Source of the DNA: the human T2T-CHM13v2.0 reference genome, Homo sapiens
Strand: one strand, 5' to 3'
Length of the DNA: 64,000 nt
NCBI RefSeq assembly: GCF_009914755.1
Contig: NC_060943.1
Position numbers and translations under genes: made by a program
The notes under the pieces: generated by a model
What the model was told of the DNA's origin: nothing
The model's input: only the letters and a program-made list of their open reading frames with translations
Databases searched by the model: none
In this document: positions 43,601 through 57,226 of the stretch, one piece after another
Layout: every line of letters starts with the position of its first letter
How positions within the stretch are numbered: position 1 is the stretch's first letter

Positions 43601-44126
43601 GTATAGATATTTTAATTTTCTCTGCACATACATTTAGGTAAAAACAATATATAGATCTTGATAATAGAGTCCTAGTGCACGTCAAACATTTACTTGCTTA
43701 GTTAATCGAAACCATCTCTAAAGGTTATTTGCGTATTCAGGGTGAGGTATCCTCGTGCAAATCCCAAGACAAGGTGTTCCCAGGGACAGGGGTAGTTGGG
43801 GTCATTAGAGGGGCTTTAAATATCACTGATGAGTCACTTTCATTGTACTAGCAAAATAAGCAGTTCAAGTACAAGAGCTAAGGTTTCTAAGACACACATA
43901 GACTTTTCAGAGAAAAATGCAGCAAATGGATCAAGATAAGAAGAAGAAAGAACAGGATTTTTTTTAAGATTAAAAAAAGGAAAACAGTCATAGATGTCCT
44001 TGGCAGAGAAATGGCTGAACGCCCAAAGTTGCATCTCAACTGTGTGCCCCTCCACAGGGGTTAACAGAAAAGCTGAAGGGCCTGAGAAAACCAAGTCTCC
44101 AACAATATGTGCAGAATAATTATTAA

Positions 44127-44288
<162 letters not shown>

Positions 44289-47204
44289 TAGTCTGTGCAT
44301 GCATGGGTACGCTTTCCTGTGCACATATAAGCATGGAATGATGACATACTTCTACCTCGCAACCCGGATAGAAAGGGCCAACTCCCTGTCCCCCACCCAC
44401 CAGTTCACCACTGTCCCTTCAGCAAAGGGACAGGAATGAAGAGGGAGTTTTACTACTTCTGTAATGTGTGGCAATTTCTCAGCAAAGACGGCAGCAGAAT
44501 TTGACAGTGCAATCTCAAAATTAAGGAAATTTCACATCCAGCTGTCAAAGGCTGTCAAAGGACAGCTGGGTGTGACTAAGGCAGAGGAGCTCCTGCTCTT
44601 GTCTGAACACTACTCTCCTCCCCACCCCCATCTACAGAACAGACCGGCTCACAGACAACCTCCCATACTAATTCTGCTGCAAGGATTTGGGTACCTTGCC
44701 AGGCAGGTCCTGGGCACCTGGCAGATTTTGAATGGGAGACTGAGTGACCTGCTGACCAGCCAGCCTCCTGAGACCCACTGGCAAATACCCTGTGGTCTTA
44801 GCATCCCCTGCTCCATCCACTTGCATGAGGACAAAATGAAGAGCTTCAAGGTCATGCCTGGTTAGGGATGCTGGGTACCCTGGGTACCAGAGTGCTGTGC
44901 CCAAGGGTGTACACGTTCTGGTCCCCAGCACGGCCGGGCCTGCAGAGGAGGCAGGAGTGAGTCACCACAAAGCTATGCTGCACAGGTGCAGTGAAACTGT
45001 GATATGCTGGGAACTGAGCCCAGGCTGGGCTGTGGGCCCTGGAGGAAAGGGGGCCGGTCAGCACCAATCCCCGGGGCTGAAATATAAAACACGCTGTGGC
45101 TCGCCCTCTCTGAGAGTGCACTGGCTTTCATATTTCTGAGGCTTTGTTTTGCCACAATGGATGCATTTCTGAGTTCCTGTCTTTGTAAACAGATACCGTT
45201 CAATGCGGCGGGTGATTTTCAGGCCATCCGCCTCTCTGCTTTCCCACATTTTGGAGGAGCAGAGTTCAAGTTCTAGTTCTTGCCCTAGCTGTGGTGTGAT
45301 CCACATGGGCTGAGTCCCCATTCTGGGCTCCAACCTGCTCTGTGAAACTGCAGTCAATGGGGCTAGTGCGTGTCTAAGGACAGCGGGAAGTGGCCTGCTC
45401 TGAAGTCATCCATGAATCCTCTTAGTCATTCCCCGGGGTGCCCTGATGCTGATGGACAAGGCCACACTTAGATTCAAGTATGCAAGGAAGGACTGCAGCA
45501 TCTAAAAGCTATCACCTGGCCAGCATCTGGAGAAGGTGGTGCTGGGGGCAGGTGCCTCAGCAGGAGTGGGGAAGGAAGGAAGTCACTTCAATGAATGATA
45601 ATGAACTTTGCCCAACATCCTCCTAGCTAGAGGAGAGTCTGGGTTTCCTTTCCAGAGACTCTGATCAGACAAAGAATCAGCTTTTGGTTCCATGCTTTCC
45701 TGGCTCTCTGGTGACTGGAGAAGGAAAACGAAGGAGATGAGGTTTCCACTGTTGATCATCAATGGGGAATGCCAACCAAATTTTGCAGAGTGTTTTGAAC
45801 TCCCCCAAAACCCCTCTGCAGTAGGCAATGGTGAATCCAAATAGCACACATCTAGGGGCAGTGAGGACGGGCTCTGCTTGCTACCCTCTGCAGGGGGACA
45901 CAGTAAGCTGCTCTGAAACCCCAGCTGCTGGCTGGAGTGGGAGGCAGCCTGGATGCTCCAGAAACTCCAGGCCTGCTTCATAACTCACCATGTTGCAGGA
46001 ATGTGTCATCCTCAGAACAACGTCACTAAAGGCCTGGGGGATTTGCGTCTGCCTCAAAATCATACCCGGCCTTATTTTCAAATCACTGCGCTTACCACCA
46101 AGAGTTGTGCCCTTTCTTTTATGCATGGCAGGGGCGCCGGGCTAACACGACCTGAGCTCCCTTCCCATTCAAAGCCACACCACGGACACCTGTCACTACA
46201 GCTGCTCCCCAAGCGGCTGTGTGTGGTTTTGGCCGGTGTCACAGTCACTCAAGCACCCCGGGGTTTCTGGGGGCAGGGTCAGCTTGCCCTAAGACAGGCA
46301 GAGCAGCAGCAGAGGGGTCTGCGCATGGGAATTCTGTATCCTTCTCTGCAGGGAATGGGGAATCCCTTGTCCTTAGAAATCTGGGGGCATCTCATGGCCT
46401 CTACATCTAAAAGAACCAGGTAAGCCCCCCCTTACTCAGTGCCAATCCTGTTCAAGTGTTGCTCAGGGGCTAGTGTTGGGGTGATGAGTGAGGTGTTTGC
46501 AGTCTTGGGAAGAAGCTCAATGTTCACCCTGTAACAGAAGTTGAGATTGCCCAGGACAGGAGGGGACGGTCCAGTCACTGGAAGCGGAGGGGTGTGGGGT
46601 GCAGGGGATGCAGTAGGAGAGCGCAGGGGTGGCGCCAAAACTGAGTGCATGGTCATTCTTCATCAACACAAGCATGCAGCCTTGGTCCCCATGTTCACCC
46701 TCCCCGAGGCTCACTTTCTCCCCTTCTGTGAAATGAGATTATAAAGTGACTTTCCCCTCATAGGACTGCTGCAGGATGGAGAGAGACAGGGAACACAGAG
46801 GAATCCACTCAGGGCCTGGCTCCTGCACACCCACCACGGTGGCCTTGCTTTTAGTCTTCCCTGTCTAGTGAAGAATCCCTTTACATCTCATTAGAATCCA
46901 ACACACCCTCTGTGCACATGCCTGCCGCCCAGCCCCATCAGCTCTCTCTCTGCGGGGGTCCTTTTCCAGGTGCAGTAGACAGAGAGAAAGATTCAGGTCT
47001 CAGGTGCTCCCAGGCTGGGGCGAGACTCACCTGTAAGCAGATTGCAACATGAAGTAGTGACAGATGTTTGCCCAGAGGGCCTCGGGAGTGACTGTCTGTG
47101 CCTGGGGGTATTCCCCAGGGCATATGAGGCAGAGGCGCTCTGATGCTGTAACACACACAGCAAACATGTACAGAGTATGTTCATTCTTTTTTATCATATA
47201 TGCC

Positions 47205-47305
47205 TTCATTTTCCATTCATTCATTATTTCTTGGTTATCTACCATGTGCCAGGCACAGAGAAGTTTTGCAATATGGGAACAGCCCTCCATTCAGAGGAAG
47301 TGACG
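47205..47305 (-). mobile_element. L2 3' end fragment
   Basis: TTCCATTCATTCATTATTTCTTG...CTACCATGTGCCAGGCAC. Confidence 0.65.
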
Positions 47306-47949
47306 GCTCCTGACGGAGGGGCTTTCCCTGCACAGGGTCACTGCCCTGCCCGCCTGTCCTCACAGTGCCACCGTGGGCCTGAGGCTGCAGCTCTCACTGA
47401 GGTTCGTGCCACTGGACAGTCTGCCTGGCTGATTCCTCTGTGTTCCCTGTCTCGATCTCCATCCCACAGCATTGTCCTACTCACAGCACCAAGGACAGGA
47501 CTGGACACGCTACAGGTGACTGAAAGCAAGGCCGCCATGGTGGGTGTGCAGGAGCCAGGTCCTGAGTAGTGAGTTCCTCTGTGTTCCCTGTCCCTCTCTA
47601 TCCCACAGCAGTCCTATTGGTCAGTCCTGTTGACAGCTGTGGCCTTTGGTGTGGGGAGTGCTCCAGGGCGGGTGCTCCAGAAGAGGTGTTTCCTCCCTGG
47701 CTTCAGGGAGCGCTTTGTAGGAGAGCCAGAGATGGCTGCACAGAGGCCATTAGAGAGAATGGACATTGTAAGCAGAGGGAAGGATGTAAGCCAAGGCACA
47801 GAGGGCTGCGCTACTCAGGGTGGCGAGGGAGCAGGACGGTGCCGTGGGGAACTGTGTGCTCAGAAGCTAAGCCCAGACACCAGCCCCAGAGGGCTGGCCT
47901 GGGAAAGCCAACCAGAGTGTCTGAGCGACTCTCATTCCCTTTGGTGCCT

Positions 47950-48760
47950 TAGCCTGAGTGTTCTGAAGGCAGAGCTGAGGCAAAACAGTATATGTGAGTA
48001 GTTTATTCCGGAACATGACCCCGTAAGCAGGGATGAGGGAAGGAGGGGCAAAAGCAGCAGATGCCCAGCCAATCGAAGGACACACCATCAAATTCACCAC
48101 TGCTGTGGGCAATGGGGCTCCACCCCAGGACCCCTCTGGAGGACCCCGTGAAATGACTCCAAATTATCCACTCTGGAGAAGGAAGGCTCCTCCGCTGTTG
48201 GTCAGGCTGGCCCCAGGACCTGCTAAGTCACTGTGGTTTAAGATTGCCTGGCAGCACAGATTGGCCGGCTGCACGGGACTATGCTGCAGTCTCAGACCCT
48301 CCTGGGGAAGACGCGAGGGGCTTGTCCCTGGGCCTGACCTCCTGCCTGCTCTGGTTGCTTCTGTATGGACTAGTCACCACCTATGCAGAGTGGTCCCTAT
48401 AAAAAGGCTTGAGTCTGAGAGTTCTAAGTTGGGCACGAAAGCAGATCTGACTGGGGATTTAAGGAAAAGCAAAAGCCTTCAGCCCCAGCTGTCTGACATG
48501 GGTCTTTGCCGAGGGCTAGATTTTCCCAAACTTGGAGCCAAGCATTCCAGGGCAAGTAACTGATTTGGGAAGTGCAAGGGAGACAGGGAGGGGACTGAGT
48601 GAAGGATGGCACCCAGTTAAGGGGGTGAGACTGGGGCAATTGATAAACTGGGTGACTGCAGCTTAATCCCATGAGAAGACTCCCGGAAACAAGCATCCCA
48701 GGCTTATTCCCCTCTACCAGAGGCGAGGAGCTGGGGTTCAGACCCATCCATGGTATCTTA
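47950..48760 (-). mobile_element. Old ERVL LTR fragments (LTR33-like; two pieces at about 47950-48250 and 48540-48760)
   Basis: GCAGAGCTGAGGCAA...GTAGTTTATT...CCAATCGAAGG...ACCACTGCTGTGGGCAATGGGGCTC, and GCAAGTAACTGATTTGGGAAGTG. Confidence 0.5.
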
Positions 48761-49079
48761 CAACACAATTGCCAATCCCTCCCCAAAGTCCCTGTCCATC
48801 ATTGGTTGGGAGCAGCTCCCAAGGGTATAAGCTCCCTGGCTCTTGGGGCCTGCCATGAGGGTAGAGTGGCTTTCTCAAGTTTTGGACAAAGCTCTCAGAC
48901 ACAGGAACGCAGATTCCAGCTGTTCTGTCCAGTAAAGCCCTTGATCCAGGCCTCAGCCACAGGACATGGAACAGGACTGCTGCAGGCTGTCTTGATGGCC
49001 AGGAGAGGCCACTTGCAAACCCTTGCTCCAAGTCCTCAACCCGGGAAATCGCCCTTCTGTTCAACAAGCACTTCCTATG

Positions 49080-49300
49080 AGTCTCTCCCTGGCTCTGTTT
49101 TGGTTTTCTCCGCAGCCAGCAGCACCCTATCAGGCATGAGAGTAAATGTTTATTTGCTTCTTGGATTATGGTCTGTCTCCCCCACTGATCTGATCAGCTC
49201 TCCAAGGACAGGGATTCGGTCATACTGTTTTATCTCAAGTGCCTAACACAGTGCCTTGTCCGTGAAAGATGCTCACATATCTGTTGAATACAGGAAATAA
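49080..49300 (+). mobile_element. L2a 3' end
   Basis: GTCTGTCTCCCCCACT...AGCTCTCCAAGGACAGGGA...GTGCCTAACACAGTGCC...ATATCTGTTGAAT. Confidence 0.78.
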
Positions 49301-52300
49301 GGGAAGGAAGAACTGATGCCTGAGATTCTCGGAGACTAGCTGTCAATCAATGTAGTCTCCCGGGGAGAAATGCAGGTCTCTTGCCACAGCTTAGCATAAG
49401 TGTCTTCCCTTGGCTTCCCCTGGGCCCTAGGGCTGGCTTCCCAAAGCTGCTGTTCAGTGGCCCATCGGGTCGATTCCTCTAGGCACCATCACAGCCATTT
49501 CCAGTACAGTGTGAGTCCTCTGTGAGTCCCGGCAGGTCTGGGATCCATGCCCCGGCCCGCCTTCTCTATCCAACCCCAGCCCCACGGTCTTGCTTACACA
49601 TAGTTGGTGGTGTAAAGTCACGGCAGTATTCAAAAGGTTAAAGCAGAGTGAACTGTTAATTTTAATGCTTTCTCTAAGATTCAGTTTTAATAAGCGAAAA
49701 TGATGTTCTTATTTGCAGTAAAGTGGTGTTATAAAATTCTGTCTGTCAAGATCATTTTAAAACCATGGAAATAAATGATCTGACAAAATCAGGCTATTAG
49801 ACAAGTGAGGAAGAGTGATTTCCATAAAAGTAGAGGAGCTGTTCCTTAATTTCACACTTGGTAGTCTTTTGGGTCGACTAAATTTTTAAATAAGTGATAA
49901 AATTATATTAGCGCAATTGCATTTTTATAGATTTTTTTGGTCATTGTACTCTTTTTCAATCCCTTTATTTTAACTCAAACTGTTCTGCTGAAAGGTTACT
50001 CTCAACTTATGTTACCCCATAACAGTCTTCAGCCCACGACATGGCCTGAAGCTCGCAAATCCTCAGACTGTCCAGGTAGGGTCCAGTCGAAGCATGCGTC
50101 TGAGAAATGGTCGTTCCCTGCTAGGCACATGGGCTGGGGTCTGTGGTCCTGGGTGCAGAGGGAGGGCAGGGAGGCCACTGAGGGTATCCTATGGGGCTGG
50201 GAGCTCACCTGTCCCTGGGTATCTGAGCTCACTCAATTTTTGCTGGAAATAAAAAAAAAAAGAGAAATAGGAGGTCATGTTCTCCAGAAACCCTCATTCT
50301 TCCAACTCAAGATGCTGGGTGTAGACGGCAGCTGTCACTGTTTGCTGAAGGAGCTGCATTTAGGGAAGAGGAGAGAATGGTGGTTCTTTTGTGATCCATC
50401 ACGTGCCCACCCTCTAAGAACCCTCAAATCATCACATCTCCAGCCCAGGCCAAGGATTTTGTCTCAGTCACTAGGAAAATCCTTAGAGAAAGCCCAAGAT
50501 CCCAGGTCTCTTGTGGGACCAAAATATCACTGATGGGACAGATGTGGGCCCAGTTGCGCGGGAGAGAGGAACGCTTCCAACTTGACTTTTCATCACTAGA
50601 ACAACTTCTATGATGTGCATCTTTCATACTTCCTTCTGCTCTGCCCTGTGCTGATTGTCCAGGTTAATTGTTCAGAGGGCAGACATGGGCCTCCTGCAGG
50701 CTCAGCCTCAGCCCTGAGCCATCTCCAGGGCCCAGCTCAGGACCTGGGGTCTGCATCCCTTTGCTGTTGTGATTTTGGCTAATTCTGAGACCCAGCCAGC
50801 AACTTCTACTCCCCTCTGCATCCTGAGTTCCCCTCTTGCTCTGTCCTGCCCAGTCCCCCCGCCCAGGTCTCTGTCAGATTCACCATCCTCGTCTATGTCT
50901 GGTCATCTCTTGTCCGTGGTGCCCTGCCTAACTAAGTACAGCCAGTCCGGTGATACTACATAAAGTGTACTTTGGCAAATTACCGCCCCTCCTCTTCAGT
51001 GGTCAGGTCTGGGTTCAGAATCTGAGACCTGGGGCTGTGCAGAAGCTGGGAGCTCAGCCTTGGCATCCACCTGATCTCTGGGCTCTGTCCTCCTGGCATG
51101 CACTGAGGAACTCTGGCTGACAGGCTATTCTCTGGGCTTCCCAGGGCAGCAGCTTTTTAAAACATGTACTCATTTCCAGGTAGTCTTTTTCCAGGAAAAA
51201 TATGAAGCTCCTTAGTGAGAGAAAACGCACCTTTGTTGAGCATCTACTATGTGCCAGGCACAGGGCTAGGCTGGCAGAGTGCAGTCAATTTGTTTATTGG
51301 ACAGGAAGGGTGTGGCGCTCACTTGGGAAGCACAGCTCTGGGAACAAAAGAACATTTTGTCCCAGTTAGAGAATGGCCTCCTCTTCCTGAAACCCAAGTA
51401 CCAGGGAAAAGGAGAGGCAGGCTGTGTTAGCACTTAGGAAGGCACTGAGCTTGAACTCAAAGGTTGTGAGAATCCATTCACCACATGCATTTTTAAAATT
51501 ATGAATTTAGCCCAAGTTTTCTCAGCACCTTCTGTGTGCCAAGCACTGTGCCGGCTCCTATAATATTAAATAGAAGGCCAATTTTGAATGCGGGGCGTGG
51601 TGGCCAGGGAAGGATGCCTGCATTCTCCTAGAGGACCTTTCAGGCTGCACTCTTGGCTCAAGAGTAAGAGAAGCAACCTGGAAACTTATATCCTCCTGTG
51701 CTTCAATCTCCCCATCAGTACAATGGGTGCTCAGGGTGCCCAAGGGCTCTCCCACCCCTGGCGCCCTGTAGGCAGAACATCTGTGGACATTAAGAAGCCA
51801 AGAACTGCAGGCTGGGTCTGTGTGCCCTCTGCCAGCCACTGAACACTGCTCTGATATTCAAAGGAGCATCTTCAGAACTCAGAAGTCAAAAATCACATTC
51901 TCCAGAGTCTCTGAGAGGCAATGCCTGAGCTTAGGGGAATGTTAAATTTCCAGTGTTTCCTGCAAAAGAGGAAGAAGCACCGATAGGCAAAGCCCGAGGG
52001 GTGGCCTTGGAGGGACAGGGCTGTCTCTCCCAAGGAAGGAATAAAGAAGTCCAAATTAGTCATGTTGTATTACTTCTTTTTATGGCAATGCTCTGAAAGT
52101 CTGCAAATGTCAGCATGTTAATTTACTGTCACTCAGTGATATTATTTCATCCTTTCAAAAATGTGTTTCTTGCATTTTCAGTAGCATACTCCAAGTGTTC
52201 TCCATCTCAAAGTTTCTATAGATAGTGCGACTACTTTCACTCTGACCGTTGCCAAAATGTAGAAATTCATCGTTGACTGCAGCCACATATACGTTACAAG

Positions 52301-54499
52301 TGGAGCTGGGACTCGGGTTTCCTGCTTACAGAAACCGGGGGAGAGGTCTGAATTTTCTCTGTGTTCTTGTTCTATCACCTCTTGTCCTCCAAAAGTACTC
52401 TGTGGTTTCTCTCTCAAGGCACGTGCAGAGATAAATTTCATAGAGAGATGTTAAGCCATCAGTCACGGCTGAGTTTGTATATGAAGTCGGAACCCTCCCT
52501 GTCTGCGAGCCCAGCCCCCTCCACCCCAATGATTCTCCTATGGTGGCAAACTTATTTCAAAAATTCTGATGAAACACTTTGTAAATTTTGTTATTCTGTG
52601 ATGATAATAAATCATTATAGCCTTAAACACTTCTCTAGCTTGGAGCCTCAGTCACAAATTATCTTGTCATTCTGACCAAAACATTCTCCAAAAAAGCTTG
52701 ACAAGTGCTAAAACCCAGAACATGAAACCATGTGTTGTTGTGAAAGCAAGATTCAGAAATGTCAATTAATTAGATTAAGAGGCTACTTTTAGCTTTACCC
52801 GTGTTGCCAAATAACCCTTAAAATATGCATAGCAGTGGAAATCTACCTCCGCGGTACAGTACTTCAGTGCTGAGGGAAGACAATGGCTCGGACTAATGGA
52901 CAAAATTGTTGTATCTGTCAGTCAGCTGCAAAGAATGATCTAGAAGCAAATGTCTTGCTTCTTTTTCCACAATGTGATTTCACGAGCTGGGTAAATGCTA
53001 CCATTTATGAATTCGAAGAGCTCCCCCCTCCCACTCCACCTCTTAAAAATCATACACAGATCAAGAAGAAAAAGTCAAGTCGTTTTCATATGTCTTTACT
53101 AGTAAGATAGGTTTTTAATGTCTTTCTGTGCTTTTTTTTAAAAAATTTGCATTTGCATTTTGAAGTTCACTTTGTAAAAAAAATATATACCGTGGAGAAA
53201 TTATTTAAATGTTTTTTTATCCCTGTTTCTTGAAAATCTTATCTTTAAATAATCTATATCCTCAATTTTATTTATGCCATAAACTGTTCCTATATTTTAA
53301 TGGTCTGTTTGCTTTAAAAGGGGTTGTTGGTTTTAATAGCTCAGTTGCTATCTTTGTAAACTAAACTCCTTCTGACGAAATTCGAGCAGATCATCTCTGC
53401 CTGTGAGTGGAAGGCACATTCCAACCCCTGAAAAGGAAATTTAAGCCAAATAAATGTTCTGCCCAAATTAAAATACATAAAATGAATAGTTAACTCGGAC
53501 AAGAGCTGATGGACGCAACAGTTGGGCTGCGGACATGTGGGTGTTGAGAGCGCTGACTGCCAGGCAGGACCTCAGGAGAGAAAACCCAGATGAAATTAAT
53601 TTCCTGTAACCCCCTTTGTCCATTCCTCAGGACTAATTGATGGCAGTGCTGGCACGGACATCTTGGGTGAGCAGAAATGACCAGGGCAGACAGCATCGTG
53701 AAGGGTGGTGTGGGTCTCTGCCCTGCCGGGGTCTGAAGATGGCTGGCTCAGAATTGCAGCCTCTGAGCCAGGACTTGGAGGTCCCGGAGGACAGGGACAG
53801 GAAACTCTCCTCCAAATTCTCAAGGCCGTTGAACCCACCTTGATTATATTAGAATCCATGTGGATTCTGGCACTAATTTTAGGACAGGTCATTTTCATGG
53901 AGGAAGGACAAAGAAATGGCAGGGGGTGGGGAGTGTGGGCACTGGATGAGAATCCTATGAAGCTTTGCAAAGCTGCATGGAGATGTGACAGCAGCCCCTC
54001 TCCTCTTGGCATTCATAACCTCGCCACCCGCTGCCCACGGCTGCCCCCAGCAGCGAGCACGAGGAGCTGCGAAGGCATGAAGGAAAGCTGCCTTCTCCCC
54101 AGCTGGAGTGCCCCCGTCCTGCTGGTCAGGGCAAGACGTGCCCTGTGGCAAGTGGGGGACTTATTGGGGGAGGGACTTCCTGCATGGGGCCACTTCCTGC
54201 ATGATGTCATTTTGTGCGGGGCCAAGAGAGGGGGGACAGTGTGCCCTGCAGCAGGCTTCCAGGTTTCCATGTCTCACAGATCCTGTGGGTCCCCCCCACT
54301 CCTCACATCCCCACCCCTCTCAGCCAGTCCCACTGTTTCTAGCTAGCAATGAGGCAATTAATGAGCTGTATAGAGGCCCTAAGTTATCTCTGGAACTAGA
54401 TGGGTAATAACCACATAAATAAGTAAATAATTAAATAACTAAATAAAATAAAACGGATGAGTGAGGCACCAGAGCTCTAGTCTCCATGGAATGAGTTGT

Positions 54500-54610
54500 A
54501 CGGGGTAGCAGAAACAGTGGGGGAGGAGGGGGAGGCCCATAGCTCCAGCCTTGGCTCTGCCACTGACATGAAGTGTGTGACCTTGGGCAAGTCACTCCTC
54601 CTTGCTGGGA
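54500..54610 (+). mobile_element. MIR core
   Basis: CTTGGCTCTGCCACTGAC...TGTGTGACCTTGGGCAAGTCACT. Confidence 0.72.
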
Positions 54611-54729
54611 GCTCTCCCACCCGACCAAAGACCCCATGTAGAATAGGTGCCAATAGGAGTGCAGTGGGGAGATGGGAGCATGAATGGTTTAAATGTAGCA
54701 GGAGGCAGGGGTATCCAAATGGCCTCACA

Positions 54730-55117
54730 TTCCTTCATCTTCCCGGTCTGCATCTGGCCAAAACCTTCCTCCTGCAAGCCCTATGATTGTGGGGACATAT
54801 TCCACCTGTGCACAGGGAAGCCACCCTCAGCCAGTGACAGGCAGGAGGTGGTGGACCATCAGCTGCCTTATCCTGGGGTGGGGCCACTCAAAGATGAGAG
54901 TTTCCTGCACAAACCTGCAGAGGTTCCTGGGGACCAAGTACCAGTGGCCTACAGTGGCAGCTTGCTCCTTAATGCATTGGGAATTAGCTTCCTTTTTTTC
55001 CCCATCTGCCTCCTCCTCCCTCCTATCTGAACGTTCCAGGCTCCCTTGTCAAATGAACTACCTGCCCTCAAATCCTCACCTCAGTCCCGCCTGTGGGAGA
55101 GCCCAGCCTACAAGACA
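54730..55117 (+). mobile_element. LTR16-like ERVL solo LTR
   Basis: CAGCCAGTGAC...GGAGGTGGTGGA..., GCCTACAGTGGCAGCTTGCTC, AAATGAACTACCTGCCCTCAAATCCTCACCTCAG...CAAGACA. Confidence 0.65.
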
Positions 55118-55129
55118 GATAGGGAGGAG

Positions 55130-55394
55130 CAGGGCCCAGGGCCAGCCAGAGAGCGGATGTCCTGTCTAAAATGGGCGGCTGCTGCCCGGTTCCAGCCACC
55201 TGCTGTCATGCAGGAATGTGGCATCCGGAGATGCCAGAAATCTCACTGTTGTATGAAATCTCCCAATCTTCAAAGTTTGGCAATGAATTCAAGTTTTGTG
55301 GGTTTTTCTTTTTTTTTTTTTTTAAGCCGTGTGGCTCAAGCCAAACAAATCGGCAGGTCATATTCCATCCATGGGTCACATTTTGCAACCTGTG
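55130..55394. mobile_element. MER102-like hAT-Charlie fossil
   Basis: TGTCATGCAGGAATGTGG...GAAATCTCCC...TTGGCAA...CCAAACAAA...TTTGCAACCTGTG. Confidence 0.6.
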
Positions 55395-55712
55395 CCAGGT
55401 AAAATATTCATTGCGCAGTTCAGGTGCCAGAGACAGGGCCAGTCAACGAAGGTTCCTCTTTCTAGTAAATTCTGGTCTGCAGCCATAACAGGGTATAGGA
55501 AGTCATGATCAAAAGGACCAGCAGTTTTTGGGCAGAGAGGCCCACTCTGACTGTGGGGTAGGGGTCCCCAGCTATACCTTGTGGAGAGAGTGGCCAGGAG
55601 GTTCTCAAGGTCAGCATGGCCCACCCTGTACACTTCTGGCCCAAGGAGGAGGAGACACTGCCTGCCCCATTAGGAGAACCTGCTCCCAGTGGGTCACAAA
55701 AATCCCATAGCC

Positions 55713-56062
<350 letters not shown>

Positions 56063-56104
56063 TCCCATACCTTGGTTTCTCATCAGGATTCTCCCTATTG
56101 TAAA

Positions 56105-57226
56105 TTGAAGTCCTTGAATCAGGGGTGCCACTCCTTGAGGAATTTGAGAAGGTCATACTAGGGCTCATTCCCCCTTTAGCAAACTGAGGCCAGACATTAT
56201 TCGAGATGCACAGAGAATTACCTACCAGCCCTTTGCATCCCGGACTGGAACCCTAAACATATGGCTTGAACCTGACCTTCAGGCAGAGCCAGGCCTGCTG
56301 CTCTGGGCCTGAAAACAGGTGGGAACACACCTACTGTCACTATTGTGAAAGGAAGCCCCTTTCCCCTGAAGGTTGCTGAGCCACACAAGGATGGGTCACC
56401 CACAAAGGGAAAAGTGCCTGAGTCCAAGGCAGAGTCAGAGCGAGGTGGGGTGCTGAGAAGGGTGGAGGGGCAGGTTCCTGGTGACATCACTGAGCACCCA
56501 TGTCCAGTTGGGCCTGAAGCCCCTTATCCTAGACTACAGTCACATGAGCCCAAATCCCTTCCTTTTCTTAAGATCCTGAGCAAATTCCTGCTGACAGCAT
56601 CTTGACAAGCACCCCTGGCCCCTGAGCCTGGAGAGGAACAGGTGTCCTGTGAGTTACAGGTTCTGCAGGGCAGTGGAGAGCAGTGTTTGTTAACTGGGAT
56701 CCACCACAAAGGCCTAGAGGTGGACCTCAGGGAGCCCATGTCCCCCTACACTTAAGCATCTTAAGCAACACTTAAGTGGTGCTTGCATCCACTTTCTCCT
56801 GAGGAGAGAGACTGTATCTCTCAAAGGGCCTGCAACCCCTAAAAGGTCAAGAAACTGGTATACCCAGCCTCATCAACATAACAAGACCCCGTTTCTACCA
56901 AAAAATAAAAGGATTAGCTGAGTATGGTGGTGCATGGCTGTGGTCCCAGCTACTAGGGAGGGTGAGGCAGGAGGATGACTTGAGCCCAGGAGTTCAAGGC
57001 TGCAGTAAGCTATGATTGCACCACTTGAAGTCCTTGAATCAGGGGCGCCACTCCCTGAGGAATCTGAGAAGTTCACACTGGGGCTTATTCCCCCTTTGGC
57101 AAATTGAGGCCAGAAATTATTCAAGATGCACAAAGATTCACCTACGAGCCCATTAACACGACCCTTTTCATCCCAGACCATAACCCTAAACACACGACTT
57201 GAACCTGACCTTCAGGCAGAGCCAGG
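56105..57226 (+). repeat. Direct duplication: 56105-56293 and 57025-57226
   Basis: Both copies start TTGAAGTCCTTGAATCAGGGG and end GAACCTGACCTTCAGGCAGAGCCAGG; roughly 20-25 substitutions and one 13-bp indel by manual alignment. Confidence 0.95.

Noticed and set aside
45060-45095. CCAAT followed by TATAAAA as a core promoter
   Set aside because: Spacing of about 15 bp is atypically short, with no CpG island or downstream gene structure; motif alone is insufficient
53705-54346. 213-aa ORF and similar 170-200 aa ORFs (48033, 48671, 49937)
   Set aside because: No recognisable protein family, no consistent exon structure; such lengths occur by chance in GC-richer DNA, especially with alternative starts
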